DNA of 60,889 nucleotides, counting the filler, from Squatina squatina (taxonomy: Eukaryota), in NCBI GenBank assembly GCA_031763465.1. It is 3 parts of 3 records of this genome, joined end to end, with 100 filler letters (N's around TTAATTAATTAA, not from the genome) between each part and the next. Parts side by side here need not be neighbours in the genome. Positions count along the whole stretch, not along the records: positions 1 to 18,632 come from JARFOE010000001.1; 2 more parts are not named here. The stretch is one strand, 5' to 3'. Position 1 is the stretch's first letter. Each line of letters starts with the position of its first letter. The notes under the pieces are model-generated. The model was not told the origin of the DNA, searched no databases, and saw only the letters and a list, made by a program, of their open reading frames with translations. Positions 1-12,693 of this stretch are shown here, piece by piece. A program made the position numbers and the translations under genes.

Positions 1-253
1 TGATCCACAGCATCTACAGCCTTTTGAGGAGAGAGTTCTGGATTTCCACTGGCCTTTGTGGCCCTGAAGCAGTGGTGTTGGAAACCGTTCTTTATTGTGG
101 GCTGTTTGTCAGTTTTTTATTGAGTTCTCAGCTCAGTTGATGTTGGCTTCAGCTCATCCCAGTTTGTGGGCTTTAGTTGTTGGTTGCCTTCGAACTGATG
201 CGTCACAACTCACCATAACTGTGTCCAGCTCTGCTCACGGGGCNNNNNNNNNN

Positions 254-473
254 CACTTTCAACTGTACTGAATCCATTCTGTGACTGGCCTACTGTTGCT
301 ATATTTTCCAATGACACCATACCACCAGAAGAACTGGATGTACCAGTTGAATGTTCATTTGTTGTCAGCTGACTACTTGGAATACTATACATATATGAGA
401 CAGAAGATGCACTGTGGTTTTGCATTGGGCGAACCCTGGGAAGCTGTTTGCTCAATGTATGGTGAATAATAAA
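254..473 (-). CDS. RUSC2: RUSC2 internal exon fragment (following the large N-terminal exon); 5' part absent, 3' end runs into a gap
   Basis: Translation FIIHHTLSKQLPRVRPMQNHS... resembles the recalled RUSC2 segment [20 protein letters not shown]; same strand and downstream of the clear RUSC2 exon; upstream of about 473 the frame reads HWKNEH and hits TGA with no acceptor. Confidence 0.55.
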
Positions 474-843
474 ATGCTCATTTTTCCAGTGAGGTCAAGT
501 TGAGACAGGCCCAGGATTTTCGGATCCAGAAGTTTTTTTCTTTAAGTCAAGCAGGATGGCCCACTGATGTGGGGAAGTGTAGCATTTTCAGTATTTTGTA
601 TCACGACCGTTGCTCTGTAAGCTCACTTGTGAAGTAAAACAGTTTAATAATTCCAATCTCACCAGTTTTTGAACAGAGTGACTGCAATGGAAATGAAATA
701 CAGCAGACATAAAAGGGGGAGGGGCTGATTTGCTGTCACCCATNNNNNNNNNNNNNNNNNNNNNNNNNNNNNNNNNNNNNNNNNNNNNNNNNNNNNNNNN
801 NNNNNNNNNNNNNNNNNNNNNNNNNNNNNNNNNNNNNNNNNNN

Positions 844-1100
844 AGAACTCCCCCTGCTCTTCTTCGAAATAGTGACCGTGGGATCTTTTACGTCCACCCG
901 AAGGGTCAGACGGGGGCCTCGGTTTAACGTCTCATCCGAAAGACGGCGCCGGAGTGCGGCTCTCCCTCAGTACTGCAATGGGAGTGTCGGCCTAAATTAT
1001 GGACTCGAGAGTCTCTGGAGTGAGGCTCGAACCCACGGCCTTCTGACTCAGAGACGAGAGAGAGCGCGAGAGCTACCCACTGAGCCATGACTGACACTTG
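844..1100 (-). mobile_element. tRNA-derived DeuSINE (SacSINE1/AmnSINE1-like), 5' half
   Basis: Minus strand has a tRNA-like head (GGCTCAGTGGG A box, GGTTCGAGCC B box) followed by the Deu-domain sequence GATGAGACGTTAAACCGAGGCCCC...GGTGGACGTAAAAGATCCCA...GAAGAAGAGCAGGGG. Confidence 0.85.
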
Positions 1101-1649
1101 ATTCAGGAGCAACGCCAGGGTGATACAAATGGAGCAAACTCTGGAAAGGGCACAAAATCCCGCAATCATCTGAGAGTTGGATGCCGTGGTGGGAGGGGGA
1201 GGAATCTGGAGCGTGGACATTACAGCTGGTGTGTGGTCAATGTGTCTGTGCGAGGCTCCTTGCGTCTTATTTCAATGCCCCGAGCTTGTTAAGTGCTTAT
1301 CAATGACATCGCAAACAGTCAGGTCTGGGTTTTGATGTCCCCTGCCACTGGAGGGAGCAAGCAGAATATAAATGTCTAAATAATTCTTCCCAATGGGGCG
1401 CGACTAGCACGTTTCTTAAACTTACGTAAAATCCAGATATTACAGTTCAGACCCCCAATCCGCTCCCCGCCTCAATGATCAGAATCTGTCCAAGTGCCGC
1501 AGAGGTAGGGGACAAAGAGCTTGGCTGGATTTACATTTTACAAAAATCAAATTTTTTTTTAAAATAAAACAAACAAGTGGCTAGGATTAAAACTTTATAT
1601 TGTACAATGGCTATTTTACACTTTTCTGAAGAGTTAGGCGCTGGCTTAC

Positions 1650-2852
1650 CTTCTGGTTTAAATCTGCTGTCAAAAGATGCGTCCTTTTCAATTTGTTGAT
1701 GAAGTGTATTAACTGGTTCTGGTTTCCTGCCATCTTCTCCAGTGTAACAAGGCCCATGACCTTCCAGGTGAGCTCTTTCATACACACTTGTAATACTGTT
1801 TTTGTTGAACCGATGAATAAAGGGTGCATCACACGATGTTGTTAAATCCACTCTTGTAGAGGACCTGCCAGGAAGACTATGGCAGCGCTCCTCTTCCAAG
1901 TAAACAAATACATTATTTTCTTTCTGATTTTCCAGTATTGGGGAGAACTCTATTGAAGAATCTCCACTGGTTTTCAGTGGTGGCGAGTTCCCACTTCGTT
2001 TTCTAGTTCGAGCAATTTCAGCAAATGAAGTTACTCGTCTTGGTGGCGATCTCTGAGATGTTCCTGTGTGACCATCACTTAGCTTGCCTGGACAGCTATA
2101 CATGCGTTCCAATGAGCCCAATCTAGGAGATGGGCTCTTATCGAAGTTGCGATCATAGCTCCTCGATCTTTGCCTGCCAGAAGTATTTGAAGCAACATTC
2201 ACATACACTTGACCTTCAATGAGATCTTCAATAGTGTCTACTGCTGGTTTCTCCTGAAGACACTGATCAATGTTATTATCTTCTGGTTGCCGGAAGAGGT
2301 AATACTCTGTAGGTTGACTAGGACTTGTACTTTTAGTGTGGTCATCTGAGCAGCTTGTTATTGAAGACCCGACTGGGCTTGGTGTAGACGGAGAAGATAG
2401 GTCACAGGTTACTAATTTGTAATAATTTTGTGTGGCAACAACTAGTCTTGCTTGACTTTGAAAACAAGCAGTAAAATCCAAATTTTCAGAAGAACAAGGT
2501 ATGTTTTCACATGGTAGGTGGTAAGAATTGCAATTATCATCAACAGCTGGTGAACACTGCTGATGGCACAGACAGGTTTTCATGGCACTATCCCCATTGT
2601 GAGTCTCACATGAATTCTTTGGCTCATTTGGTGATGAATGCAGGTCCAAGTAGAATGCACCCATCTCCGAGTGACTGCAGTATGAAGAATCATGGGACAT
2701 GTTACCTGAACTTAGGTTTGACTTTGACTGACTTTTCATTTTATTGTAGATTGCTGTAAAGTTGACCAGCACACCATCTGAACTGTTACATGAGGAGTCA
2801 CTGTTGTAAGTCATATGCTGATTATCTATCTCAGATTGATCTGAAAAGACAC
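1650..2852 (-). CDS. RUSC2: RUSC2 (iporin) large N-terminal exon, 3' part
   Basis: Motifs SDSSCNSSDGVLV, TACFQSQARLVVATQNYYKLVTCDLSS, GRQRSRSYDR, RLGSLERM, SPPRRVTSFAE match recalled RUSC2; ends at a phase-1 donor GAAG|gtaagc (1650/1649). Confidence 0.93.
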
Positions 2853-3493
2853 NNNNNNNNNNNNNNNNNNNNNNNNNNNNNNNNNNNNNNNNNNNNNNNN
2901 NNNNNNNNNNNNNNNNNNNNNNNNNNNNNNNNNNNNNNNNNNNNNNNNNNNNGTTTGACCCGTGCTGTTTTCCACCATGTAGCTAATTGATGCCATTGTT
3001 CAGTCACATCAAATTCAATTGATTGTTCATTAGTTGTTTAAATGTACTTCCTACAACAGTTCTCCAACTTCAAAAGAACATTTTGGAGGTATTTCTGCTA
3101 CATTTACAAGTTTACACTTTCCCAAAACAGGTAGTAATGTTTACTCAACAATTTTTTGATAGATCAGCATATTCTTTCGAGCCTTGCCTATCTTGTCGAT
3201 TGATTATTTGAGATTTTCCTTATTAGTACTATTAATGACAGATAGGGGCACGGATTTATTTGCATTGGCAGGGGTTGGGGTGGGGGCCCTGGGATTTAGG
3301 AACACCGAGAGGGAGGGTTTAAAATTTGGTAGTGCGGAATGGATTTCATGGTCAAAGAGTACCTTGCGGGAGATCAGTGATCTGGAAGCATTGGAAAAAG
3401 GGCTCTGTGGCCTAGGAGCACACAGTATTGGATTACTGGGAGCACTGAGGCAGGTCCCAGGATCTGTAATAACTGGGAGAGAAGTCCAGAGTT

Positions 3494-3670
3494 GTCTGGT
3501 CATTAGCACATTGCTGTTTGTGGGAACTTGCTGTGTGCAAATTGGCTGCCATGTCTCCTACATTACAACAATGACTACACTTCAAAACTAAAATACGTCA
3601 TTGGCTATAAAGTGCATTGGGATGTCCGGTGGTTGTGAAAAGCACTCTATAAATACAAGCCTTTCTTTCT
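3494..3670 (+). mobile_element. DeuSINE (SacSINE1-like) 3' fragment
   Basis: ctggtcattagcacattgctgtttgtgggaacttgctgtgtgcaaattggctgcc...tacattacaac...actacacttcaaaa ending in a ctttcttt tail; reverse complement of the copies at 28824 and 40082. Confidence 0.8.
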
Positions 3671-4726
3671 TATGGCTGTTTCTACTTCATGGGTTAAATT
3701 CAGCCTTCCATTTCCAGTTGAGCAATGATATGAACAGAATGCAAACGGCCCATTCATAGAATTTACCTTTCACCCAGCTGCATTATAGTAAATGGCAGGG
3801 GGCCAAATTGTGGGCTTTTGAGAATGAGGACTATGTTTTAAGGCTAAATAAAACTCAGTGCAAACTGCAGTTATGCTGGAATCTGTAGTAGGATCCCAAG
3901 CTTCCTGTATAGTCACACATTGTGAATTTTACTCTTTGGCTAAAAAAAGTTGGTGCATGCTGTTTGTCTGGTAACTATAATACTGGCCTCCTAACAGATG
4001 GCTGCAGACTCAATTTACATGGTTGCTGATCACCCAAATCTGCTTGCCATGGTTGGGATGAGTTTTATCAGTTCTTGGTTTGACCACTAAGTGGGGCACT
4101 GCATGATACATGAGCAGTCAACTTTGAGAGGAGAGTGATGGTGTTTACCGACTCCTTCTGCTCCTAGTCCAGAAATGAGTGGCAAGCGCGGCAATTCTGA
4201 AGAAGCCTGTGTCTTAGACTGCTGTTTCCTTCTGGCTGAGGGTCGAGGAGGTTCACTTTTTGTCATAATATTGAAGGGGCTCAGAAATTGATAATAATGT
4301 TATTTTAAAGTGGTAGTGACAAGGTTGTAAAGGATATGCAGTTGTTTTAATATAAAGGTATGATTAGTGCAATACAAGCCTTTGGCTATCTTGGATACTT
4401 CCACCGTAAGTGTTCAAACTTAAAGGCTTTTATGGATCCACCATAGGTAAATGCAGACAATGTTTTTCCAATCGGGAAGAGTAATGTGCATTACTTCTGA
4501 ATGAATGTAGAAGAAATGACAACTGTGTAACTTAATGACTGTTTCTGCAGCCCTTAGGACTGCACTCAGTGGTTTCGACCTACAGCAGAGAAAACTGTCT
4601 GTCCTCTCTCCCTATTCGTGGGCATCCACAGGTCACATGGAAATAACCCTAAAGTGATAACTCTTGGTTTAGGAAGTCAGCCACTCAAAGTGATATTCGT
4701 CATGGTGACATGGTGTTCCCCACCAC

Positions 4727-5409
4727 AAGACACACCTTTTGCTTTGTTGTATATCTAAGCTGGAGCAGCTGCATGTTCTGCTCTCTAGTAAATCTTGCTT
4801 CCTGAAGGATCCATCTGGGCTGCTGTCTAACCCTTGATTGCAATCAAAGAATAAGGTTGATGTGCTATCATTAGCACAGTTGCACCTAGGTAGTTCCATT
4901 CGGTCGGCTGAAGCTGGTCTTGATGTGATGGTCCTATTTGACTTGTTGCCATCACATGTATGGGTTTGTTCCTCTTGACCTTCAATAATCCCTTGTCTAC
5001 TGCTGGGGCTCCATTGTTTAGTTTTGTTTTCAGCACCATGAAGGTGAAATGGTTGTTCATGCAGAACAAATGGTGGATTGTTAATGTTGCTATTCTGAGG
5101 ATGAAAAGAACTGTTATTGGAGCTTTCCTGATCATTGTTCTCATTCAAAATTAATGAATTGTGTTGTTCACTAGTGTTGGTTTCTTTTGAGTTTGGTAGT
5201 CTGCCTTCAGTTTCATGTGGCGTTCCAGGAGGTAAACAGGAAGCCTGGATTAAGCTGCTGTAAAGTAACGTTTCCTTCTGAAGCAGGTCCTTCTCAGGCA
5301 GTGATGTAGTCCTTGTGATTCCCAGATCAGTATGGTAGAAAGGATTTGGTCTTTTGCCCATGCTACAGCACTGTCTGTCTGGGACCTGGCAGTGAACAAG
5401 GGGAATGTG
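4727..5409 (-). CDS. RUSC2: RUSC2 large N-terminal exon, 5' part (start codon in gap)
   Basis: HIPLVHCQVPDRQCC...RPNPF...LGIT...FHLHG...EGQE match the RUSC2 N-terminus; homology ends at KRCV (about 4727). Confidence 0.92.
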
Positions 5410-7777
5410 NNNNNNNNNNNNNNNNNNNNNNNNNNNNNNNNNNNNNNNNNNNNNNNNNNNNNNNNNNNNNNNNNNNNNNNNNNNNNNNNNNNNNNNNNNN
5501 NNNNNNNNNCAACACTCACAACTAATGTAGAGATTTGATATTATATAAAATTGTACTAGTGAAGGCAACATGCAATTATATGTGGTGTACAGTGGACTTC
5601 CAACAAGCACTCCTAAATAAAGCATCTTATAACCTTATCGTATCAGTCTGTGTCAATATATTACCTTTAACTTTGAAGCTCCATCACACTGGTTTCATCG
5701 CACTCAGCACACCCACTACACAATAGTGAGAATAAATCATTTTATTATGTATATAGAGACTAGGTACATTATAAAGATAGGTGACAGAAATTTGAAGCCA
5801 GTCATTTTAAAATCATAATTTAATCTCGTGAGTTTTCTTAGGTTTATAAAATGATTTCCTACTTTCTCAGTCTATTGCACCAGTTCATTACAACATCAAA
5901 AATGCAAGCCTGAATTGCCATTTTAAAATACACTCCACCCAGAGATACAGCGTGGCAGCTTCAATACAAAAACACCCCACGTCATTAACAGAGCATACTG
6001 CCTTAAATCACTATCCACCATCTAACATCAGGCCAGAAAGTAAAGGCAAATCATTCCAGTTTCCTCCTTGTAAATCAGTAGTAACAAAGCACAATATTTA
6101 TACACCTCCAGTTTTATTTTCATTATTTGCAGCAGTGAGACATATAGAATGATTATGTCAGCTGTCAGGCATTACAACTGAGCTTTAAACAGCACATCTG
6201 AATTAGTCACTGACTACACTATATCCAGGATGACTTGTAGTGCACTAAAATTTCCACGGTGTCTTATGCCAGTAATGCAAAGAGCAGCCATGACAGTATT
6301 ATGGTGAACACCCAAAGATACAGCATAGTAGCTTCCATACAAAAACCCTCTGCATTACTCACCATGGCAGCCACACAGAATAGTGTCCTGTATCATCTCA
6401 GTAATATCATTAATTCACAACCCACTGAACATGATAATATTTACAGCAATTTAAAATGCATTGACTGTCTTGACAGTTATCAAACAGAAAACAGAATTTT
6501 TTTAAAAATGCACTGTGGAGATGCAAGATTGGTCTNNNNNNNNNNNNNNNNNNNNNNNNNNNNNNNNNNNNNNNNNNNNNNNNNNNNNNNNNNNNNNNNN
6601 NNNNNNNNNNNNNNNNNNNNNNNNNNNNNNNNNNNCTGTGGAGATGCAAGCTTGGTCTCCACCCTACCCCTACCTTTTGTTCAAGGTTTCCTCCTCTTTC
6701 ATCAATATTTTTTCACAAAGAAATTTACCTTTGTTGTCTTGATGACCTCCAGTAACACAAATTTTACATTAAGATTTTTACATATCTATTTTATGGCAGA
6801 GCAGCTATTTGTTAAGCAGCAGCTTTGGTAATGCAGTGGACTGCGCAAACACACTGCTGGTGCTGCTGCTTGCTAGAAAGATCTAACGTCATCACTTAGA
6901 CAGGCATGCCCACAACCACTCAGGCTCTGCAACTGCAATCAATGCCTGAGACCTTGGAATCCAAATGAGCTTAGAGTGAAGAGATCAGATCACGAATGCT
7001 AGAAAGGCCAGCAAAAGCAAACAAAATATTTTACCCTGTGACTGCATGTCATTGTTCCAATACATAATAATGTGAATCATCATCAAATTCCATTTCAACC
7101 TATTAATATAAAACAGCTCTTTTCAGATCATATATAAATACAACCATTCCTTTCATGTCCCTTTATGATTTTGCTTCACTTTGATTGCAACATTTCAATG
7201 AACATATTGCTGACTAAATGTTGTACTGTATATTTGATCAAGGCTTGAATTAACTCAAAATTGTGGATGAGTTATCCAACAATAAACTGTTCTGTAAAAT
7301 ATAGCACTACCCAGCAGCAAATCTTTCCCTGCATTGTTTATATCCCTCAAGTCAGTTTGGTCTCAAATTTATCACCTGGCGCCTTCCTTTTTTTGTGAAA
7401 TTTTTTCACCCCCCCCCCCCCCCATTCTTCAGCACTCTCTTAACCAAGCAACAGCACAGATGACACAGTTCTATCCTTTTGAAAACAATTCCTCAGCTGG
7501 CTGTTAGAAAGTGCATGGAAGTTATACCCATCACCTTTCCACATTTGCAAGGAGTATCACACATTAAGATCATGACCTTACATCCTACTGTCTGAAGACT
7601 ACAATCTCACGCCTGAGAGAGGTGCTCCATTTCCCACAGGGTGGAAAACACCCCACTGAAAATGTGGGTTGCTCTACACCATAGGGTCATTTTGTATCGT
7701 GCTGTCAAGCATAAGTATGAAAAGCCTTCAGCAGACTACATGCAGAGAGTCTCAGCAGCAGCATACTTCGTTTTACA

Positions 7778-7892
7778 AGAAAGACTTACATTTATGTAGC
7801 GCCTTTCACAACCACTAGACGTCTCAAAACGCTTTACTGTCAATGAAGTACTTTTGGGAGTGTTGTCACTGTTGTAATGTGGGAAAGTGCAA
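7778..7892 (-). mobile_element. DeuSINE 3' tail fragment
   Basis: aagaaagacttacatttatgtagcgcctttcac...aatgaagtacttttg...gtcactgttgtaatgt, the same tail as the copies at 28824 and 40082. Confidence 0.7.
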
Positions 7893-9055
7893 CACTGATA
7901 AGTTTAGTCCAATTTTATTTTAAAATATCGTTATTGTATTTCAAACAAAAATTAACTTTTCATTTTACATTGGGAATGGGGAAAATATTGATATAATTAA
8001 AAGTTTGGGGGCAGAAATTACATTATATTCTTAGTGCAGTGGCAGCAGAATTCCAGTAGAGCGGGGTTGTAAAATGGAGCAGTTCCAAAATGTTCTGAGC
8101 GGCGTGGGGTGGGGGGAAAGGCAGAAATGCCCAAACCATCTTTGGCANNNNNNNNNNNNNNNNNNNNNNNNNNNNNNNNNNNNNNNNNNNNNNNNNNNNN
8201 NNNNNNNNNNNNNNNNNNNNNNNNNNNNNNNNNNNNNNNNNNNNNNNCCGCAACCCAAGAGCAGGTAGGTTTCCTGTTGCTGGGGTGGAGATTGTGAGGG
8301 GGACAGGTACAGCGTGGTTTGTCGGGTCGGGGTTGATAGCGGGGGGGTCACTGAGAGACTGGGGCAGAGATGGTGGATCAATGATCGTGGGGCGGGGGCG
8401 GAGTGACTGGGGATGGAAAACAGGTCTGCTTGGAGAGGCTGGGGGTAGCACTCCTGCTCCTCCTGGTCCATAATCAGTGCTGTAAAAGCACTTACCTCTT
8501 CCATACTTCAGGCCTCACTTCCCTTTAGTTGCTGGGTTCGCAGGGAAACCTGGCTGGCTAGCATTAAAGCTCAAAGAGATATAAATTATGAGGCGCACAG
8601 CCTCATTAAAATATTTAAATAAGCAACCCACAGCTTAGGAGCAGGTTGGCCACCCTACCCCTGTACCGCCTCTGTTAAAACTGGAAGTGGGCAGGTTCGA
8701 GGTGGTTTGGGTTTGAGATTTTTTGCATTTTAACATTCCACCTGACCCAAATCCACATGTTTTGGGGGGTTCAAATTAACCCCACTGGATCAGTGCACTA
8801 TGGGGCTGATTGCAGCTCTTCTTGCACCTCTCCACTTACACCAAATCGGAAAAATTAGGCTCGCTAGTCAAAGACCCAAACTAGTTTTTTCATTTATCAT
8901 CATTGGCTGCTTTCTACTGCTAAACCTGTTTAGTTCAGGGCACAACTTTCTTAAAGGGGTAGTATTCCACTTGAGTTCTCCCCCCACCCTTTCCAATTCC
9001 AATTTGTATATGAATTGAATGAGTGAGGAAAAATAACTTTTTGGAGCATTCTTAC

Positions 9056-9263
9056 CTGTGCTGAAAATCCACAGAAGAATCCATACCAAAAGTGAACAAG
9101 TGTGAAGGCAAAATTTTTATAGAAAAAGTATCGGAGAAATCTGCACATGCGAAGATACGACCATCTTCCATGGACTAACAGCAGACGCTGGAGATAACGA
9201 AACTGAGCAAAGGAGAAATCACTTGAAAGGACAGCTTGTGTTCCTTCCTCGCCACTGATACCC
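9056..9263 (-). CDS. ATP8B5: ATP8B-class P4-ATPase exon (end of P-domain to TM5); 5' end in gap
   Basis: [69 protein letters not shown] with donor CAG|gtaaga; ATP8B family is clear, paralogue assigned by UNC13B-RUSC2 synteny. Confidence 0.8.
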
Positions 9264-9838
9264 NNNNNNNNNNNNNNNNNNNNNNNNNNNNNNNNNNNNN
9301 NNNNNNNNNNNNNNNNNNNNNNNNNNNNNNNNNNNNNNNNNNNNNNNNNNNNNNNNNNNNNNNGAATTAAGGCATGCCCTATGATGAAATAGAAGACTTT
9401 AAAGATGTCCATAGGCCAGTTGCTTCCCTGCATTTGACTCTCACATTCTACTTCCAGAATTCTAACATGTTTTCGGGAAAAAATGTTGGTTTGTGATGCT
9501 AAAATTTGTAGTCAGTACTTTTCATTAAATGCACAATGAAAGGACTCTGTACCCAATTCTCCCATATCTTTAGCAAGGCAATGTGCTGAGAGCAGTCTTG
9601 CAGAACTTACACTAATATTTCTTATCTTTGTTATCCTCTTCCTTACCATTATTCAAAAGAAGCTAAGTAATCACAGTTAGCCATTTTATTTAGTGTTTAA
9701 TAAATGATAATAAACAATTTTATGATAATAAACAATTTTGTTTCGGTAATTAAAAAATTTCCATAGTGATATCAAGTTATCTGGTTGGATTTTTGGAAGA
9801 AAATCCTAACACCCAAATCAGTGTTATTTCTCACTTAC

Positions 9839-10022
9839 CTTTGATCATGCTTACATCATTTGCACCATCTCCAATTGCCAGCGTTATTGCTTTCTTGTAC
9901 TTTTTCACCAGTTCTACCACCTGAGCTTTCTGAAGGGGTGTTGCACGGCAACAGATAACTGCTTTACAAAGCGAAGCTGTTTTGAGGAATTCTATTTCCA
10001 TGTCTTCTTCTAAAGCATATGC
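9839..10022 (-). CDS. ATP8B5: ATP8B-class P4-ATPase exon containing GDGAND
   Basis: cag|[61 protein letters not shown]|gtaagt; canonical splice sites. Confidence 0.8.
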
Positions 10023-10773
10023 CTGTATTTGAGTAGAATACATATTACCAAATCAATCTCATTAATTACAATTGATTTGAAATTCATTGTCTCACATATG
10101 TGCATGATAGAAACAATACAAAGGAATTCAGCATTCAAAGCGTTCAATGCCCTATTCACAGTATAGCAGTGATGTCAAAGGCAGCCCTAACTCCGACAGC
10201 AACTCTGTAATACGGGCACAGTGCTGGTGCCATTGGTGGAATTACCTGGGATGTGATATCTCCTGTTAACACTGGATGCCATAGATCACCATATTTTGTC
10301 TTGATAGGTTCTCAGGACAGCAATACACTTTAGCAATGCTAGTTTGTAAATACTTTCTAATATATCTCATAACCTCACAGTAGCTTGGAACTATGAGTCC
10401 AGAAACTTTGGTTCCAGTGATGCACAACCGGAAGTGCAGCAGGGCAGGACTTCTGCCCACTGGTTTGCTCTTGTCTTGGGTCCATCCCAAATCCTGGAGA
10501 TGGAGTCCTTTGAAAATTAGGAACGGGTTGGACAGTTTCTGTAACAGGCAGCCATGTGGTTGTTGCGTTCCAACATTACAACAATATAGAGGCAATTGAC
10601 AAACTCTATCTACTAACTGTTTGTACANNNNNNNNNNNNNNNNNNNNNNNNNNNNNNNNNNNNNNNNNNNNNNNNNNNNNNNNNNNNNNNNNNNNNNNNN
10701 NNNNNNNNNNNNNNNNNNNNNNNNNNNTTGTCTTCTATTGTGTGTGAAAGATAGTCAAATTTAGTTTCTATAC

Positions 10774-10879
10774 CTTAGTTCTGCACGTACAGCTTCTGAA
10801 TTGTTGCCTTCAATGGTGAATATTTTTCTCATATCATCGTGCAGCATATTACATGCATAGCCAATATTTACAGCCGTCT
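10774..10879 (-). CDS. ATP8B5: ATP8B-class P4-ATPase exon (ETAVNIGYAC)
   Basis: Manual translation ttacag|ETAVNIGYACNMLHDDMRKIFTIEGNNSEAVRAELR|gtatag; not in the ORF track. Confidence 0.8.
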
Positions 10880-11828
10880 CTGTAAGAAAAAATATTTTTT
10901 CCATTTTGTAATTTTTAAAATTATTTTTGTAAAGCAATAGTCCAGATTTGTCTGTACTTTTATATACTTAGTATAAGATAGTAATATTGCACCAAGGTAT
11001 CTGGTCAGTGTACAAGTAAATATATAGGTTTCCAATAAATCAAGAGCGTGAACAGAAAACTGGGGAAAAGGATAATTGGCTGACATAGATGGAAAAGTAG
11101 ATAAGGTCTCTTGTATTGTCAATCTGGAAAGACTCCAAACAAAAAATGTGAATTACCTCCTAACCCATCTAGAACAATAGTCAAGAAAAAAGACCATACC
11201 ACTGAACACTAAGGGGAACTAAATTCATAAATGTCTCATGAGTATGGATGGAGCTTATCTGGTTGAAGAATTTTTGTTAAGATGAATTAGCAGAAGAAAG
11301 CAAACTTGATCCTCACAGATATACATTTCTACAGTACTATCTGTGTGAAGAAATCTTAACAAGTTGTGTGAGCTCTGACATATATGGGTTAACATGGGCA
11401 ACAGTGAATCATGGGCCCTATCCAGGCATATTGCTATTAATCATGAATGGTGTTCTTGAATGGTTATGGTTAAAGCCTCCAGCCTTTGTACATTCACAGA
11501 TGTGTGGGCCAAGAACCCAAATCCTATCTTGCATGCTACAATGCAATACTCTGAATGACCAATAATGCAGGCACTAGTCATGTCCATTGAACACTATGAA
11601 CACTCTATTGCAATTAGTGAACCATTTAANNNNNNNNNNNNNNNNNNNNNNNNNNNNNNNNNNNNNNNNNNNNNNNNNNNNNNNNNNNNNNNNNNNNNNN
11701 NNNNNNNNNNNNNNNNNNNNNNNNNNNNNGATGTAAAATAATAATTGATGGGCATTTATTCAATAAATATAAAAACAAATGCTTTTTGGTTCTCTGCCGA
11801 ACATAGATGATATTAAGAAGTAGCTTAC

Positions 11829-11993
11829 CGTCAAGTCTTTTTCAATTTCATCGTATAATTCAGACAGTTGTTCATCCCGGTTTTCTAATGCAATACTTGC
11901 TTCATGGTACCGTTTTTGCCAGTTTTCAAAGTATTTTTTATCTAATTCTTTATATGCCAGGACTAATGTGCGTAAACCATTACCTGCAAACTC
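11829..11993 (-). CDS. ATP8B5: ATP8B-class P4-ATPase exon (GLRTL)
   Basis: Manual translation ttgtag|EFAGNGLRTLVLAYKELDKKYFENWQKRYHEASIALENRDEQLSELYDEIEKDLT|gtaagc; 165 nt, open. Confidence 0.8.
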
Positions 11994-12693
11994 CTACAAG
12001 TAAAATTAGGTTAAGAATAACTCATTATTTTACACAGAAAAAAACATACATAATGATTCAATATTATTTAGTTTTATATATCTATGAGGGCTGAAGAATG
12101 GAACAATTTCATATTGCACCTGGTACTCAGTGATCATTTGGTATTAAAGATATACCATGAATCAGACATAGTGGACAGGTCTCTCAAAAATGCCCTGACA
12201 ATTTCCAAAAATGCCAACATCAGAATACCAAAATTTGTACAAGTTTGATTTNNNNNNNNNNNNNNNNNNNNNNNNNNNNNNNNNNNNNNNNNNNNNNNNN
12301 NNNNNNNNNNNNNNNNNNNNNNNNNNNNNNNNNNNNNNNNNNNNNNNNNNNCCACTGACAAGCCTGCCAACAACTCACTCGGTGTACTGTTGCACCAAGG
12401 CACATTTTTTAAGCAATACTATTTCACTGACTCCCCACAGTTAACTTGGAATTTAGAGAGGAAGTTACCTCGAAAGGTAAGAACACAGTTGACTCTTGCT
12501 TTATTGTCCAGCACTGTTAAAAGTTAGCTGGTTAAGAAGGGTTAAATGTTGTAAACAAGGGCTAAATTGTAATTGAAATTTATGTGACAAGAAATCAAAT
12601 TAAATATGTAAAACTGATTTNNNNNNNNNNTCCAGGTATCAGTTTTATTTTAACTACCAATGATGCCCAAGGGGGCATTAATTTAAAGTAATT

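Noticed and set aside
1-243. Possible further RUSC2 exon ending at ATG|gtgagt (214/213, minus strand)
   Set aside because: Only 30 nt visible before the gap and no recognisable homology; cannot be assigned
1531-1649. C-terminal tail of the 427-aa ORF (KPAPNSSEK...FCKM)
   Set aside because: Intron read-through past the gtaagc donor at 1649
8010-8790. GC-rich stretch with Pro-rich ORFs (similar patches at 23300-23810, 34255-34336, 41240-41730)
   Set aside because: Probably decayed non-autonomous DNA elements, but I could not define terminal repeats or target-site duplications; the ORFs span N gaps
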